A stretch of DNA of 64,000 nucleotides from Mizuhopecten yessoensis (Eukaryota): contig NW_018406060.1 of assembly GCF_002113885.1 (NCBI RefSeq), positions 1-64,000 on the forward strand, written 5' to 3'. Shown here piece after piece: positions 11,371 through 23,664 of the stretch. Made by a program: the position numbers and the translations under genes. The first letter of the stretch is position 1. Each line of letters starts with the position of its first letter. A model generated the notes under the pieces. The model was given only the letters and a program-made list of their open reading frames with translations. It searched no databases and was not told the DNA's origin.

Positions 11371-12659
11371 ATCATACCCTACATGTTGTCACAATTATGT
11401 GTAGTATATAAGTGAAACACTACCAATAGATGTGATTCATTACACAGGTAGTCCATAACTAATAAATGCTTTATAGCACAAACTGTTAGCATGAGAAGTT
11501 CATTATCGTGAGTTGTTAGTACACGAATACTGAAGAAGTTAAGAACGACTTAGAGAAACGATCCCACAACATAAGAATGGATTTTCTCAGAACGTCTGCT
11601 TGCGCCAGGTGACGTCCTGAACTGGAAATAGTATCCCCACAAAGATGATTCGCGTCAGAAAATAATCCGTCATATAGAAAATTGTTATAAAGTTATAAAA
11701 AAATATTGTGATTGTAGCAACACCAGAGTAAACGTGCATATGGAAAAGCCAATGGCGATAATATTGTTAAGAAATATCTTTTTACATAGTTTTAAGATTC
11801 ATGGTATTCCTCTGCGGATATCTTCTGCTTGCTTACGTTAGTCTCAGATCGAGGATCTCAATGATCATTAAACCTGTATTTATGTTAAGTATGGTATTTA
11901 GTTTTGTTTTAACATATGGGGAAATATATAAGGTTGAAGAATATGGATGAAAAACAGTATTTTTGATAATCTATAAGTATCATCCTAGATTTTCCTGCTA
12001 TTAATGATGTAATAATTCAAATTATAATTACCCAATCAAAGTTAAATAATAAATATTTGCTAATATATTTAAAGATATGAAAAATAATATCATGCTTTGA
12101 CCTTACTAATTTAGTTTGGTAATAGGAGATACCAGTTATCTAACTCATAAAGATGTACAATGCTATTTATTCAAACTCACAAGGTTAGCATATATCATAT
12201 TTGAGGAAATTTCAATCGATTTGATAAATCTATCTTAATCATTTGGTATTGATTGAATTAATTCTCTGTCTTCAATGAATTGCATATGTTACAAAGTATA
12301 AACGTTTTTTAAACTCACCTTTTCTCAAGTGGTCTTATGCTATGCTGTGGTGCGTATCTGTCGTCCGTCAGGACATGTCACTGGTAGCTTCCTTGGATAA
12401 GTTAAGTTTTAGAATTAAAATGACATCGACCTACATGCACTTTACAGGTCAGAGGGGTCAGGTTCAGTTGTGGAATCGAACAACGTACAACGTTACACGA
12501 TGTGCAGTGTTTTACACGGCGCGCTGAATGGAATTTAAAGGACCTCTACATATTATTAGCTTTGCCAGATTTCCTTTACGATTACCAATTCAGTTTAAAG
12601 TACTTTCAGCTTAGTTTTTAAAATAACGTGCACGTAGAAGATAAGAAGTGCCTGAATAC

Positions 12660-13727
12660 AGCTGTTGTTGTTGTTGCTCAACCGTCGTCGTCATCAGCCA
12701 GGTCCATCCATCGTCGAGGGTTTCAACCCCTAACCTGGAACTCTCTCCGGATGGTGGGTCAGCTGGGGTGATCATTCCCTACTCTCCGACAGTTGGCTTC
12801 CAGCTACTGTCTCCTCTCTGCATCCACAGCCATCGTGATGCCCGTTCTGCTTCGTTCCACATCTCTCTCATTGCCGTCTTCCTTACTCCTCCCGTAATAC
12901 CGATGGCTCCGAGTATCCTCCAGCACGAGTGGGCCGGGAATCCTCTGCAGCCTACTTCCACAGGATAGTTCCCTGCCTGCCAGCCTTTTCTGCCACACTC
13001 CTCTGTCAGTTCCGCATACTTGCTCTTCTTCCGTTCGTGCGCTGAGTCACACCTTGTCTCCCACGGCACAGTCAGTTCCACTATCACCAGGTTCTTCTTG
13101 CTCGGTGATAACAACACGATGTCTGGTCGTAGTGTTGTCTCCAGGATCTCCGGAAAAAACAATTTCCTCCCTCCAAGATCCACACGTATCACCCAGTCTC
13201 CTGCACCTCCAAGAATACCCAGGTTGTCAGTCCTTGCTGTTCCCGATGGTGTATGTCCTTCTCTGTGTAACCGAATTAACGTTGGTCCCCTTTGTATTTC
13301 ATGTGTTTTTTTCTTCCTTTCCCTCTCAAGTGTGTGAGTAAGTTGCCTTAACACCTGGTCATGTCTCCAAGTGTATCGGCCCTGTGTTAGCGCTACCTAG
13401 CAGGAAGAGAGAATGTGTTCCAGATTCGGGTCTTCCACATTGGTGGGATCTTCCACCAATCCCTATCTGTGAAGATTTGTCGGTGTTGGAAGCACATCAT
13501 AAACAGCCCTGGGAATTAACTGTAGCTGCCATGGTGTGTATCTCCAGATCTCTGCCCATGTCATCTTCTTCTCTTCCGTCTCCCATTGGGTCCATGCCCT
13601 TGACTTCCAATCTTCACTGCTTTCACCTTCCTTGTATCCTCTTCCTGTTGCCTGATCTCTCCCTGCACTTGCTTTCTCCTTTCTGCTGCATTAGTATATT
13701 TCCATCTCGCCGACTGCCCTCTTCCTA
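12660..13727 (-). mobile_element. 3' fragment of a HERO-like (restriction-like endonuclease) non-LTR retrotransposon
   Basis: ORF 12779-13354 has RPDIVL...ELTVPWE...AHERKKSKY and PVEVGCRGF motifs; upstream GRYTWRHDQVL; (AAC)n tail at ~12663-12676. Confidence 0.85.
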
Positions 13728-13730
13728 ATC

Positions 13731-13804
13731 CTAATAATATAATAATACACAACATTTATATAGCGCCCTATATAATTTGTAAAATTACTCTAAAGCGCTT
13801 TACA
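13731..13804 (-). mobile_element. 3' tail of an L2-type LINE or SINE
   Basis: Minus strand reads tgtaaagcgctttagag...gggcgctatataaatg...(tatta)n, a typical L2/SINE terminus. Confidence 0.5.
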
Positions 13805-13834
13805 ACATACGATAAACCCCATTTCAAAAACCCT

Positions 13835-13964
13835 TTGATATCACATATGTTATCAGGAACGTTGATATCACATATGTTATCAGGAACGTTGATATCACAT
13901 ATGTTATCAGGAACGTTGAAATCTCATATGTTATCAGGAACGTTGATATCACATATGTTATCAG
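13835..13964. repeat. 27-bp minisatellite (ttgatatcacatatgttatcaggaacg), ~4.8 copies
   Basis: Directly visible; explains the spurious ISHMLSGTL repeat ORF. Confidence 0.95.
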
Positions 13965-15159
13965 AAGGTACATATCGCGACCGAGAAAACAAAAATACAA
14001 TAATATGCGTATACATGTATACTTAAACATATTTCTATCATAACATTAATATCCACTTTTTACTAATCTTCTCTCAGCATTTGTGCAATCACATCAAAGT
14101 ATAACGTACCTAAGTCCTATTATCGTTTGTTTTTTCAGTACTTTGATTAATTGATTTATTTTGAAATCGATCCTTATGAACAATAACACCCAGGTGCTTG
14201 CTATTGTGACTTGCTGTTAGAGGCCATTGGGAGGATATCTCCGGATCTCTGACTGGCGAATATTGTGATCATGTAGGTGTTGATGTTATCATCAAATGAT
14301 ATGTGCGAGGACTCTGCACAATATTAAAATCGTACAATGCATGTGAAAAAGGTCGCGAGTCCACGTGGCCATTGGGCTTTTGTTAAACATATTTCAATAT
14401 TCTAACTACTTGTACAAGCTGATCTTTCTATCTTTATTTTATTAAAAATCGTGTTTTCGGTGTTTTCTAAACGACCTAAATAGACACATGTAAAATAACG
14501 CATATAGACAAGGTCACGTATCCAGGTAAACATAGCCACTTTGTATCTGTACCTGGACTGTAGTTTTCCCCACCCAGGGCACTTACGTAACTCGTCAAGG
14601 TGTGAAAATCCAGGTGAAGGGGAGCTATAGACCAACACGAAAGCATACATGTATAACAAATACTTAACGTCCAGCTGTGTTTTTATAACGGTCACACGGT
14701 ATCACGTATCAACTCTCTTTGCAAGGCACAGAGCAGATATATTTTTATGTGTAAGAGATACAAACAAAAAACTCTTTTTTAATCTCAAGATATAAATATC
14801 AAACAAGTATAATATATCGATCATACGTCTTAAACACAAACACTATGAAGAGGTTTCAGAGAAACAACACTGTTTTGGTGTGTGCGGTGAGTCATGTCCT
14901 GAACAACTGATAATAGTCCTGTAAAACAGGAGGGCTAATCAATAGGACAAGGTGTCTTTACATGTATGTGGAGCAACACACACACACATACACACATATA
15001 TAAGTGGTTTGCTGTCACGATCTACCTTTACATTGCTGTTTGTAATTATATATGGCGAGCACTATGAACAAGGAAGTAGAATTAATGTCAACTGTATAAG
15101 CACCTCTTATATCATATTACTTCACACACAAAGCACTGTGATCGCTTCATACGTCTTAG

Positions 15160-15256
15160 CGTTGGCCAGGTAAATACACCGGTAACTAGGACTCTCTACC
15201 TGTAAACACATGGAAGCTTCGACTGGAAGAGCAGACAAACCAACAGTATTACAGGT
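15160..15256 (+). promoter_or_regulatory. Putative first exon module upstream of the 16973 pseudogene; donor cag|gtatgt at 15254/15255
   Basis: Paralogous to 32660-32757; putative acceptor ttttgttacag at ~16817. Confidence 0.5.
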
Positions 15257-16348
15257 ATGTTTACAATTTGTTAATGTTGTTGGTTGTGCTGTAATACTTT
15301 ATGTGTGGAATGAATTCTTATCTCACTTCAAACAATGTTTTAAACTTCATCTAATGACACTTTATGTGTTTGACGGTAAAGTATTCAAGTACAAGGGACA
15401 TCTGGGTAGAAAGAAAGTGTATAATAAATCTAGGTAGGCTTGGTCAAACGCGTTTAATTTTAGCTATTCTATAAACAACTGAGGCCATTTAAGGACATGC
15501 CTCCATCTGATGTGTATAATGTGTGTGTGTGTGTTGGGAAGCATTATGTTTGGGTATTTCCTTCCCTATGACCTTTTTCGCTTGGATAAATACACTTCAC
15601 CAAGGCCAAATTGAGGCATTGCCAAGAGAAATGTGAGGAAATGAAATATTTTGCAAGAAAGAGGATCAAATATAGATGTAGATACGAAAAGTTTCAATGG
15701 ATAGAAGAAAAATGTTGTTCGCTTTGTTTCCCAATATAAAAGACAACACATACACATATATTGCCACAATCTTCCTCTACATTGTTGTTCTTTACGGCAT
15801 GTATGTGTATTGCCTTCATGTGATCACACGCTAATAACCTTCTTCGCTTGGTTAAACACACAACACCAAGGCCAAAATACGAGGTATTGCCAGGAGACGT
15901 ATTAGAAAATGAGAAGTAGTTAGAAAGAGGGGAATATATAGATCGGTAATGTTACAATGGATAGAAACAAAAGGTTTGTCGCTTTTGTTTCCCAAAATAA
16001 AAGGCACACATATCAAACTATGAAGGAAATATTTTGACGACTGCACACGCCGAGTAAATTTAAATAAATATACATGAGTCATTGCCGTAACTCAATGTAC
16101 ACTCCGGTTTTTATTTCTGTTACAAGCCTGGTTAGATTATCCTGCATGTTTTTTTTTCGTAACCAAGTGATACATGTAATATAAAATCCCTTAATGCTAA
16201 TAAATCATTCAACAATCTTCAATAAAACCATGTTAGTTTATTCATGTTCGGTGAATTATGTATCTTGTCAACAGCAGTAAATCATTAAACGAAAATACGT
16301 AGTTTTAGTATTACAGCACTTGAGATAAGTTGATGTGGATAACTACAC

Positions 16349-16648
16349 TTACTAACCTCCAAGATGGCGGAAAAACAGATGTGGAGTTTCATGACTCAAA
16401 AAAAACAATATTTCCGTGTTGACAAATGACAGCTTATTTAGATATGAACATATCTTAAATCGACTACCGTATTGTGATTTGTGTAATTTTAATGTTGACA
16501 AATGCAGTTATCAACGCTTCAAAAGTTGCATTTGATATCTTTCGTGCAATTTCAGTTTCTGTGTGTCTGAAAATGGTCCGTCAAATATGATGATTTACAT
16601 GAAATAAAAGTTGCCGTTTATGAATTGCGCCATCTTGATTGCAAGTAA
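16349..16648. mobile_element. Degenerate MITE-like insertion in putative intron (paralogous copy 33297-33645)
   Basis: Imperfect inverted ends ttactaacctccaagatggcg / cgccatcttgattgcaagtaa; interior absent from the third paralogous site at ~10150-10190. Confidence 0.5.
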
Positions 16649-16972
16649 ATGTAGCTACGGGCGTCAACTTTTCACCAGCGATTACTAGAGAACTTTACAT
16701 GTCCAGTGTCAAGGTCTATAAAACTAATCACAATCTTCTGAAGATTAAATGTTCAGTGCATACACATTTGGGATATTTGGGATAATTTAATGACATCGTT
16801 TCTATTTTTGTTACAGAAAATTCACAGAAAGCTTATAATCACAGTTGGGAGTAAAGCCTAAAGATAGTCATTTTATCACATAAGTTTCATAACGTTCCGT
16901 TTCTTTTGTCTTGACATATATATAGCATAATGATAGTAATGTAATGCAATACCTCAGTAATAGTGTAGTGAA

Positions 16973-17893
16973 ATGGCAGAAAAGGCGATTTCTTTCTATA
17001 AAGGCCAGATAGTGGTTCGCGGCACGGATCAAACTACATGCATGCACCACAAAGGCGAGACTTTGGATTGGTTTTGTGAGACATGTTATGAGGTCATATG
17101 TGCCAAATGTGCGTCCAATTCACACAAAGGTAATGACAATATCCTACTAAGCGAAATTACTCCCGACAACAAACGTAAGATAAAATCATTTATAAATAAA
17201 ATCGAGAATACAGATTTAATTGAAATTCAACTGGGAATCAGTTCATCGCAGCAGAGTCTGGATGATGACTTAAACAATTTCAAGAGTATAGCAGAGGAAG
17301 TAAAAAAGCAAGGGGAGAAACTTAAGGAGGATATTGATGTTTTGATAGCGGAAACACTTTCTCAGGTGAAACATTTAGAAGAAGAAAATACTAAACTTCT
17401 CACCAGTTTCAAGTCTGAACTCGATAAAAAAAACAATCAGACCTAAAGGAACAACTGAGACACTGTAAGGAAACTCTTCAGACAGGCACAGATATCCAGG
17501 TGTTTGACCTTTCAAAAGGACTTCAAACAAACATCAACTTACCTGAAAAACCAAAGTTGGTTCTGCGGCTGCATCCCAAACAACAGAAGGAATACAATCC
17601 TGAAGGAGGCATTTGGAAAAGTTTCCTTGAGACCATCGAACAGTCTCAGTCCTCTACCGGCCCTGACCAGTCAGATGAAACATCAGTTGATGATAACCCG
17701 CTACCTTCCGGACATCAACAATCAATTAAAGGGGGCACAGGCACAGGCACAGGCACAGGTCACGCGACAGTTATATACTGATATAGACCTACCCTTTGTT
17801 GTATGTGTTGACACGGAGGGAGTTCTGTGGGCGGTGTTTGGTTTATCCAACATTGATCAAAAGGTTAAACGTCTACAGTACACAAGTGTTTAA
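16973..17893 (+). pseudogene. TRIM-like copy 2: frameshifted, with ~700-bp deletion of most of the propeller; first ORF (16973-17446) encodes B-box + partial coiled coil, 157 aa
   Basis: Frameshift at A-run ~17426-17433, further indels at ~17556 and ~17637; junction (ggcaca)4 ggtcac|gcgacagttatatactgat at ~17764 joins the linker to the last blade. Confidence 0.9.
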
Positions 17894-18734
17894 ATAAGAC
17901 CATATTTGCGTTTACGTGTAGTACATAGGTTAAACTTTACCAAGTCATGTGACACATACAACAAATGTCGCATCAAACAATAAGTTTCTATATATTGGTA
18001 AGAATGAGTAAACGTTTCCAGCAAATACTGTCTTTAATGATGGGATGATTAACATAATAATTACCCAACGACGTCAATCAAAAATGGTTTTGTAAATATA
18101 TTTATGAAAAGAAAAATAACAACAATCTATGACCTTACCTTTTCAGTATTGAGATATATAAGTATATACATATATTCGTAATAATAATACCAATTATTTA
18201 ACTCCTTAATATCCACAATGCTATATATATCCAAACTTGCGTATATATTCTATCTAAGGAAATATCAATCTATCGGATAAATCAATTATAATCACTTGGT
18301 ATCAATTAAGTCCAACTTTATTTTCTTCGAATTCGAACTGTTACTAAGAATTATTCAAAACATGTTATCAATATTGTTTTATATCTCATATACTCGAAAG
18401 GCAATTGAACCGTGGATCAGAGTATGTCGTTCGTTGACGTTTCATTTAAACAACCTTTTTTCTTTTCCGAAAAGGCATAGGGTCAGCATATGTCACTGGT
18501 AGCTCCCCTGGATAAGCGAGGTTTGTGAAAAAATGACTTCGACCCAGAATGACCAACTAGCCTCGGATTATTACATTTGGCCAGTAGTCATCGTTGGATG
18601 AAGAACTACAACGGTAGCTATATTGAATGATCTTGTTGTGTTGAAATAATTAAACCAGTAATTTTGAGCAACCAATAACTAAAGCCACTTACAGGTAATA
18701 CTATTCGTACGTAGCTTAAGTAAGCCCGTTTAAG

Positions 18735-19069
18735 AATAATAATAATAATACTTCGAGGTTCTTATATATTGCTTTATCACAACCTAGTTCGTAGGTTGTC
18801 TCAAAGCGGTTCACAAATTATGATCCGTGGTTATAGGGCTTTTGCAACAAGACAATATCTTTCTCAACTCCCTGGGATGCATACCGCCGGAGCTGCCATT
18901 TCGGCGCTAACAGCTAGCATTCAACAATTCTAGCGCTGCCCAACAACGGACTCATATACAGCTGAGTAGATTGGAGCAAGCGGAGTAAAGTATCTTGCTC
19001 AAAGGTACAACGCAGTGCCGTGCCGTTTGGTCACGAGCCCGGCGTCCTACCACTAGCCTCCGTGCCTCC
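18735..19069 (-). mobile_element. tRNA-derived SINE with L2-like tail (copies at 27991-28326 and 28643-28956)
   Basis: Minus-strand head ggaggcacggaggctagtggtaggacgcc (A-box-like; B-box appears deleted), conserved-domain-like ttgagcaagatacttta...tcagctgtata, (tat)n tail; empty site at ~36840. Confidence 0.75.
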
Positions 19070-20579
19070 TAAATATTTGACATTTGGCCACTTTTGAGGT
19101 TACAAGTATGATATTAATATCAGGTGAGCGGTGAGGTCGCATTGGGACTCTTTATTCAATATTCATAACTGTGATGTCAATACAACAGAATTAATTATGC
19201 TATACTGATTTTTATTTTGTTTAAATGTTATTGTTTTAGAAAAAAGCCCACATCTTTTAAATCTGTTCAAATTGAAATTGATCAAATATAGATAGTTTAA
19301 TATACAATTTTATACTACAAATCAAAATTTTAAGCATTTTTAAATATTTTAAAAGTTCTATAATGTCTATATTTCCCCTTTCTTATATGAAACCAGTATA
19401 ATATTCAGTCACGTAGTCGAAAATCATCGCTACTGGCACGAATAACATTATTTTAAAGCGAATCTTGTATTACTGAATATAGATTTGTTACATTCATAAA
19501 AAACAAGCCATTTATTTGAAGCAATTTACGCTTTACTTTAAGGAGACAGATGAAAGGAAAATGACCAAGCCAGATAACGACAATAATTCCATGTAAATAG
19601 ATTATTTTTTGAATGATAAAATTAATAATAAATACTCAGACATTAATGTTTTTAAAGTAATTCCTTGCAGTTGATTAAAGTTTATTTCCACCGCCGTTAC
19701 AGAGTAGCACTTAGAAAGATTAACAGTAATGTAACTAAGGTGACGGAACCCGTCTGTATCAACACACACGCGTCTATGACAACGGCCGTAGCAACGCGAA
19801 AAAACCAACCGTCTTTTATGAGAAATCATGCCTTGTACAACTATACCATAATTAGTAAGGTGATTTAAAAGTAGTAATTAATAACTGTCATACAGGTCAA
19901 GTGTCAACANTTCATTTCACCGCTTCATGAAATCGACCATTTCAATAAAGAATTATGATATTTGAATTTATTGTTAATTTGTGTAAGTCATGATACACAA
20001 ACCATGGTTTAAGATAGATTTAGAGTCTCTAAATGAATGTCTAGATTAATATTGTACTAGCAAACCGATAATGCCATATCAATTTCAGACTTGACATTGG
20101 GGAAGATTTAGATTCAAAATTTAAAAGAATAATCTTAAACTGAAATGAGTATCAAATAATTCAAAGACATTATTTAAATGTGAAAAGTCAAAAAAATAAT
20201 AAGTGTAAATAAAAACTTAATGCGGGTGAAATATGAACAAAGAATATGATACAGACGTAGACTTTGAATTTTGTTTGATTTTGTCGATTTGTTAGACATT
20301 TTGAGATGATGTGTTCCGGAAAGATTATCGTTTTCTAGATCTGCTTTGTCGTTGAAACTTGACTTGTATGACATGTATTAATTAATAGTTTTAAATATTC
20401 TTACTAATTATAGTATATTCGTTTAGGTAACAAAGCCAATTGAAGATACACATCTTTTCTATTGGATATTTTAGTTACTTTAGCGCTAGCGATACTCACT
20501 TTGGCAGGACAACAGTCAATACTGAAGAGGGGGTGACCATTAAAACTTTCCTACTGAAATAACGAGTAAGACCCCGTTA

Positions 20580-21265
20580 CCCCGTTGCTGCTTGAATTCT
20601 GCGATGCATAGATTTGATAAGATACTTTATTTATGTCATAGGGATGTTCTGCCACTCTTCCAGAAGGGCATGGAGCAGTGCGGTTAGAATCTCTGGTGGA
20701 TTGTGGCGCGTTCGAATGCGTCGATCCAACATGTCCACACGTGTTCTATTGGCATGAGGTCGCGACTGTATTTTGACCAAGGTAACGTGTCGACATTGTT
20801 TGGCGAAAATAGTCCATTGCACGTAAAACGTCACATGGCACCGAGAGGTTTTAGAATAACGTCAATTTACAGTTGAGCTGCCAATTGCCTTCAATGACGA
20901 CTAAGGTTTTTTTCTGTTGCATAAAAAACACGTTTGGACGGTATCGCATGAGCCATTGGAGACTGACGTCACGTAGAAGACGCGTTTCAGGGGCATCCCC
21001 ACTGCAACGCGACGCGACTTAATGCCGTAGAGACGGGTCAGCACAGTATCTCGGCTTATTCTAGGTATATCGTGTATCGGAACCACGTGCTAATCGGGCT
21101 ATGTATTGAAGTCTCGCGGACACAAGAACGCGTAGTGTGACATATTCAATTACCGTGTATTAATGGTGAATATGTATGATACCATACTGTTCAACACAGC
21201 TAACATTAATATTATAGATTATGGACATTTAAGGGGGTTGTGTATCCTTTGCGTGTCAGTGTATA
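20580..21265 (-). mobile_element. Highly degenerate Tc1/mariner transposon remnant
   Basis: Translated fragments DMLDRRIRTRHNPP..L..ALLEEWQNIP and ISRDTVLTRL resemble Tc1 transposase; Tc1-like end ...tttgcgtgtcagtg|ta at ~21247-21263. Confidence 0.65.
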
Positions 21266-21529
21266 AATCCATATATGACTCTATATAAGAAAGCTATCAG
21301 CCTAATATGATGACAATTTCGGATCTTCAGAAGAGGTCGTATGACGCTTGTAACACATTTGACCCCTGGCAAAGCTCACTTGACAATCGGGAAGGTGAGC
21401 TTATAAACAATTTCAAGCGAGGACATAAGTGGAATTCTACTTTGTGATAGATGAAATATATGAAAATGTGTTCAGTTGATGTAAAATAACTATAATAAAT
21501 TCATATTACCAATTGGTATTGATTATGCA

Positions 21530-21910
21530 CTACATAATCTGACATGTAATAGATGGGTGTGAATTATACATTACTCAATCCAACATGTGACAAAAAGGTG
21601 TAGATTGTACACCACACAATCTGACATGAAACAAATGGTTGTGGATTATACATTACAAAATATATCCTATATCAAATGGATTATACACTAAAAATCTGTC
21701 AAATAGCAAGTGGACGTGAATTAAACATTAAACAATCCGATATGTGACAAATAGGTATGGACTATACATAATACAATCAGACATTTAACGGATGGGTATG
21801 GATTATGCATTACAGAATCTGTCATTTCACAAATCAGTTTTTATAATACACTACAAAATCTGTTATATAACAAATGGGGATGGAGTATACACTACACAAT
21901 CCGACATAGT
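21530..21910. repeat. Degenerate ~41-bp tandem repeat, ~9 copies
   Basis: Recurring cacaatctgacatg...aaatgggtgtggattatacatta. Confidence 0.75.
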
Positions 21911-22063
21911 AAGCTATCCTTGAACTTTCCATTCTCGACTGTTTCAATTCTATACAAACAATGTTATCATTGTTTCGTTTCGTTCACAAGTTTTACGTTT
22001 TATTACATACATGTAGCCTGGTAATGCTTGGCGTTTGTACTACATAAACAAAGAGAGTTGTAT

Positions 22064-23532
22064 TTAAACATTGTGTACTGTAGTCATTTTACTGTTTGAT
22101 ACGACAAACCGCCCACAGAACTCCCTCCGTGTCTACACATATAGTCCAAGGCCTGTTTTTGTCAGTATGTGGCAGTCGCAGGTATTGGTCATCACCATTC
22201 AAGAGATGGAGGCAGCAGTTAGCAAAGTCAGAAATCACCAGGAATCCTAGACTGTCATACTTTACATCCCAGGATCGATGTTTCCATAACTAAATAATTC
22301 CTGAAGCTTTCTGTCCAGCACTATAACTTCTCTGTTTTCTTTTCCACCATTACCTGTCCGATCTTCATCAACTACGGCGATATTGTTGTTGAGGGGACAC
22401 TGTGCTTTTCTTAATGGTGAACACACCATCGGTTTCCAGAAAAAATATGTTTTGGTGGCGATAACGGGCTTCCCTTTCAGAGTGTATTCGGCGATTCTGT
22501 GTTTTGTTCCCACAAGTATATGTTCATCTCTTGTAACACAGAGACATCGGGGTACATCCTTTGTTTTGAATCTGCGGGTCAGTTCACCTGATATCAGCTC
22601 CATGACACTGTTATCCGACGTAGAACATACCCAGAGGTTGTGTGTAGTAGGGGAAAAACTGATATCTTCGATGTGAACAAGACTCTTTATCTCCTGTTGT
22701 ATCTCTCCTTGACTGTTTAGGGTGGTCACTTTGAATCCGCAATCTGTCCACACGCCACCACCAATTTTGAGACACATAGCATTTATTTGACATGTAGATT
22801 CCCATTCTGATAAAATCTTTATCTGAGGAAGAAGGATTTTCTCTCGGTCTTGACCTGTGCCTGTGCTCCATTTATCTGATTGCTTATGTCGGATGAAACT
22901 TTTCCAAATGCCTCCTTCATGATCATATTCCTCCTGTTGTTTGGGATGAAGTCGGCAAAACCTAAAGTTGGTTTTTCAGGTGTGATGATGTTTGTCTGGA
23001 GTCCTTTTGAAAGGTCAAACACCTGGATATCTGTGCCCGTCTGAAGAGTTTCCTTGCAGTGGTTAAGTTGTTCTTTTAGGTCTGCGAGGTTTTCTCGAGT
23101 TCAGTCTTATAACTAGTGAGGACTCTTCTAAATGTTTCAACTGAGAAACTGTTTCCGCTATCAAAACATCAATATTCTCCTTTAGTTTTCCCCCTTGCTT
23201 TTTACCTCTTCCGCTACTCTCTCAAAATGGTTCAAGTTTTCATCCAGATTGTGCTGTGAAGAATTGATTTCCTGTTGAATTTCAATTAGCGCGTTTTGCT
23301 CCGTTTTATTTATGAATGTTTGTATCTTACGTTTGTTGTTAGGTGTAACTTCACTCAGTAAGACAATATCATGACCTTTGTGTGAAGTGGACACACATTT
23401 GGCACATATGACGTCATCACATGTCTCACAAAACCAATCCAAAGTCTCACTTTTGTGGTGTACACATGTAGTTTGATCCTAGCCGCGAACCACTATCTGT
23501 CCTTTGTAGAAAGAAATCGCATTTTCTGCCAT
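22064..23532 (-). pseudogene. TRIM-like copy 3 (inverted), multiply disrupted
   Basis: ATG at 23532 (MAENAISFYKGQ); CAG>TAG at 23479-23481; frameshifts split the protein into ORFs 23182-23442, 22819-23022, 22262-22777; deletions in linker and late blades. Confidence 0.92.
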
Positions 23533-23591
23533 TTCAGCTAGTTATTTCTAAGGCAGGACATCAACCAATTAGTTTTATCTATATATCATTA

Positions 23592-23664
23592 CAAAGTAAG
23601 TCACAAATTTTGAAGGAAATTATAAATACTGAACGTTTCACGTTTCATTGAACACTTGGTATTT
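23592..23664. repeat. Left arm of a perfect 73-bp inverted repeat (right arm 25238-25310)
   Basis: Reverse complement compared base by base: aaataccaagtgttcaatgaaacgtgaaacgttcagtatttataatttccttcaaaatttgtgacttactttg. Confidence 0.92.

Noticed and set aside
19030-19069. tRNA-like sequence on the minus strand
   Set aside because: SINE head with A-box only; no B-box or cloverleaf.
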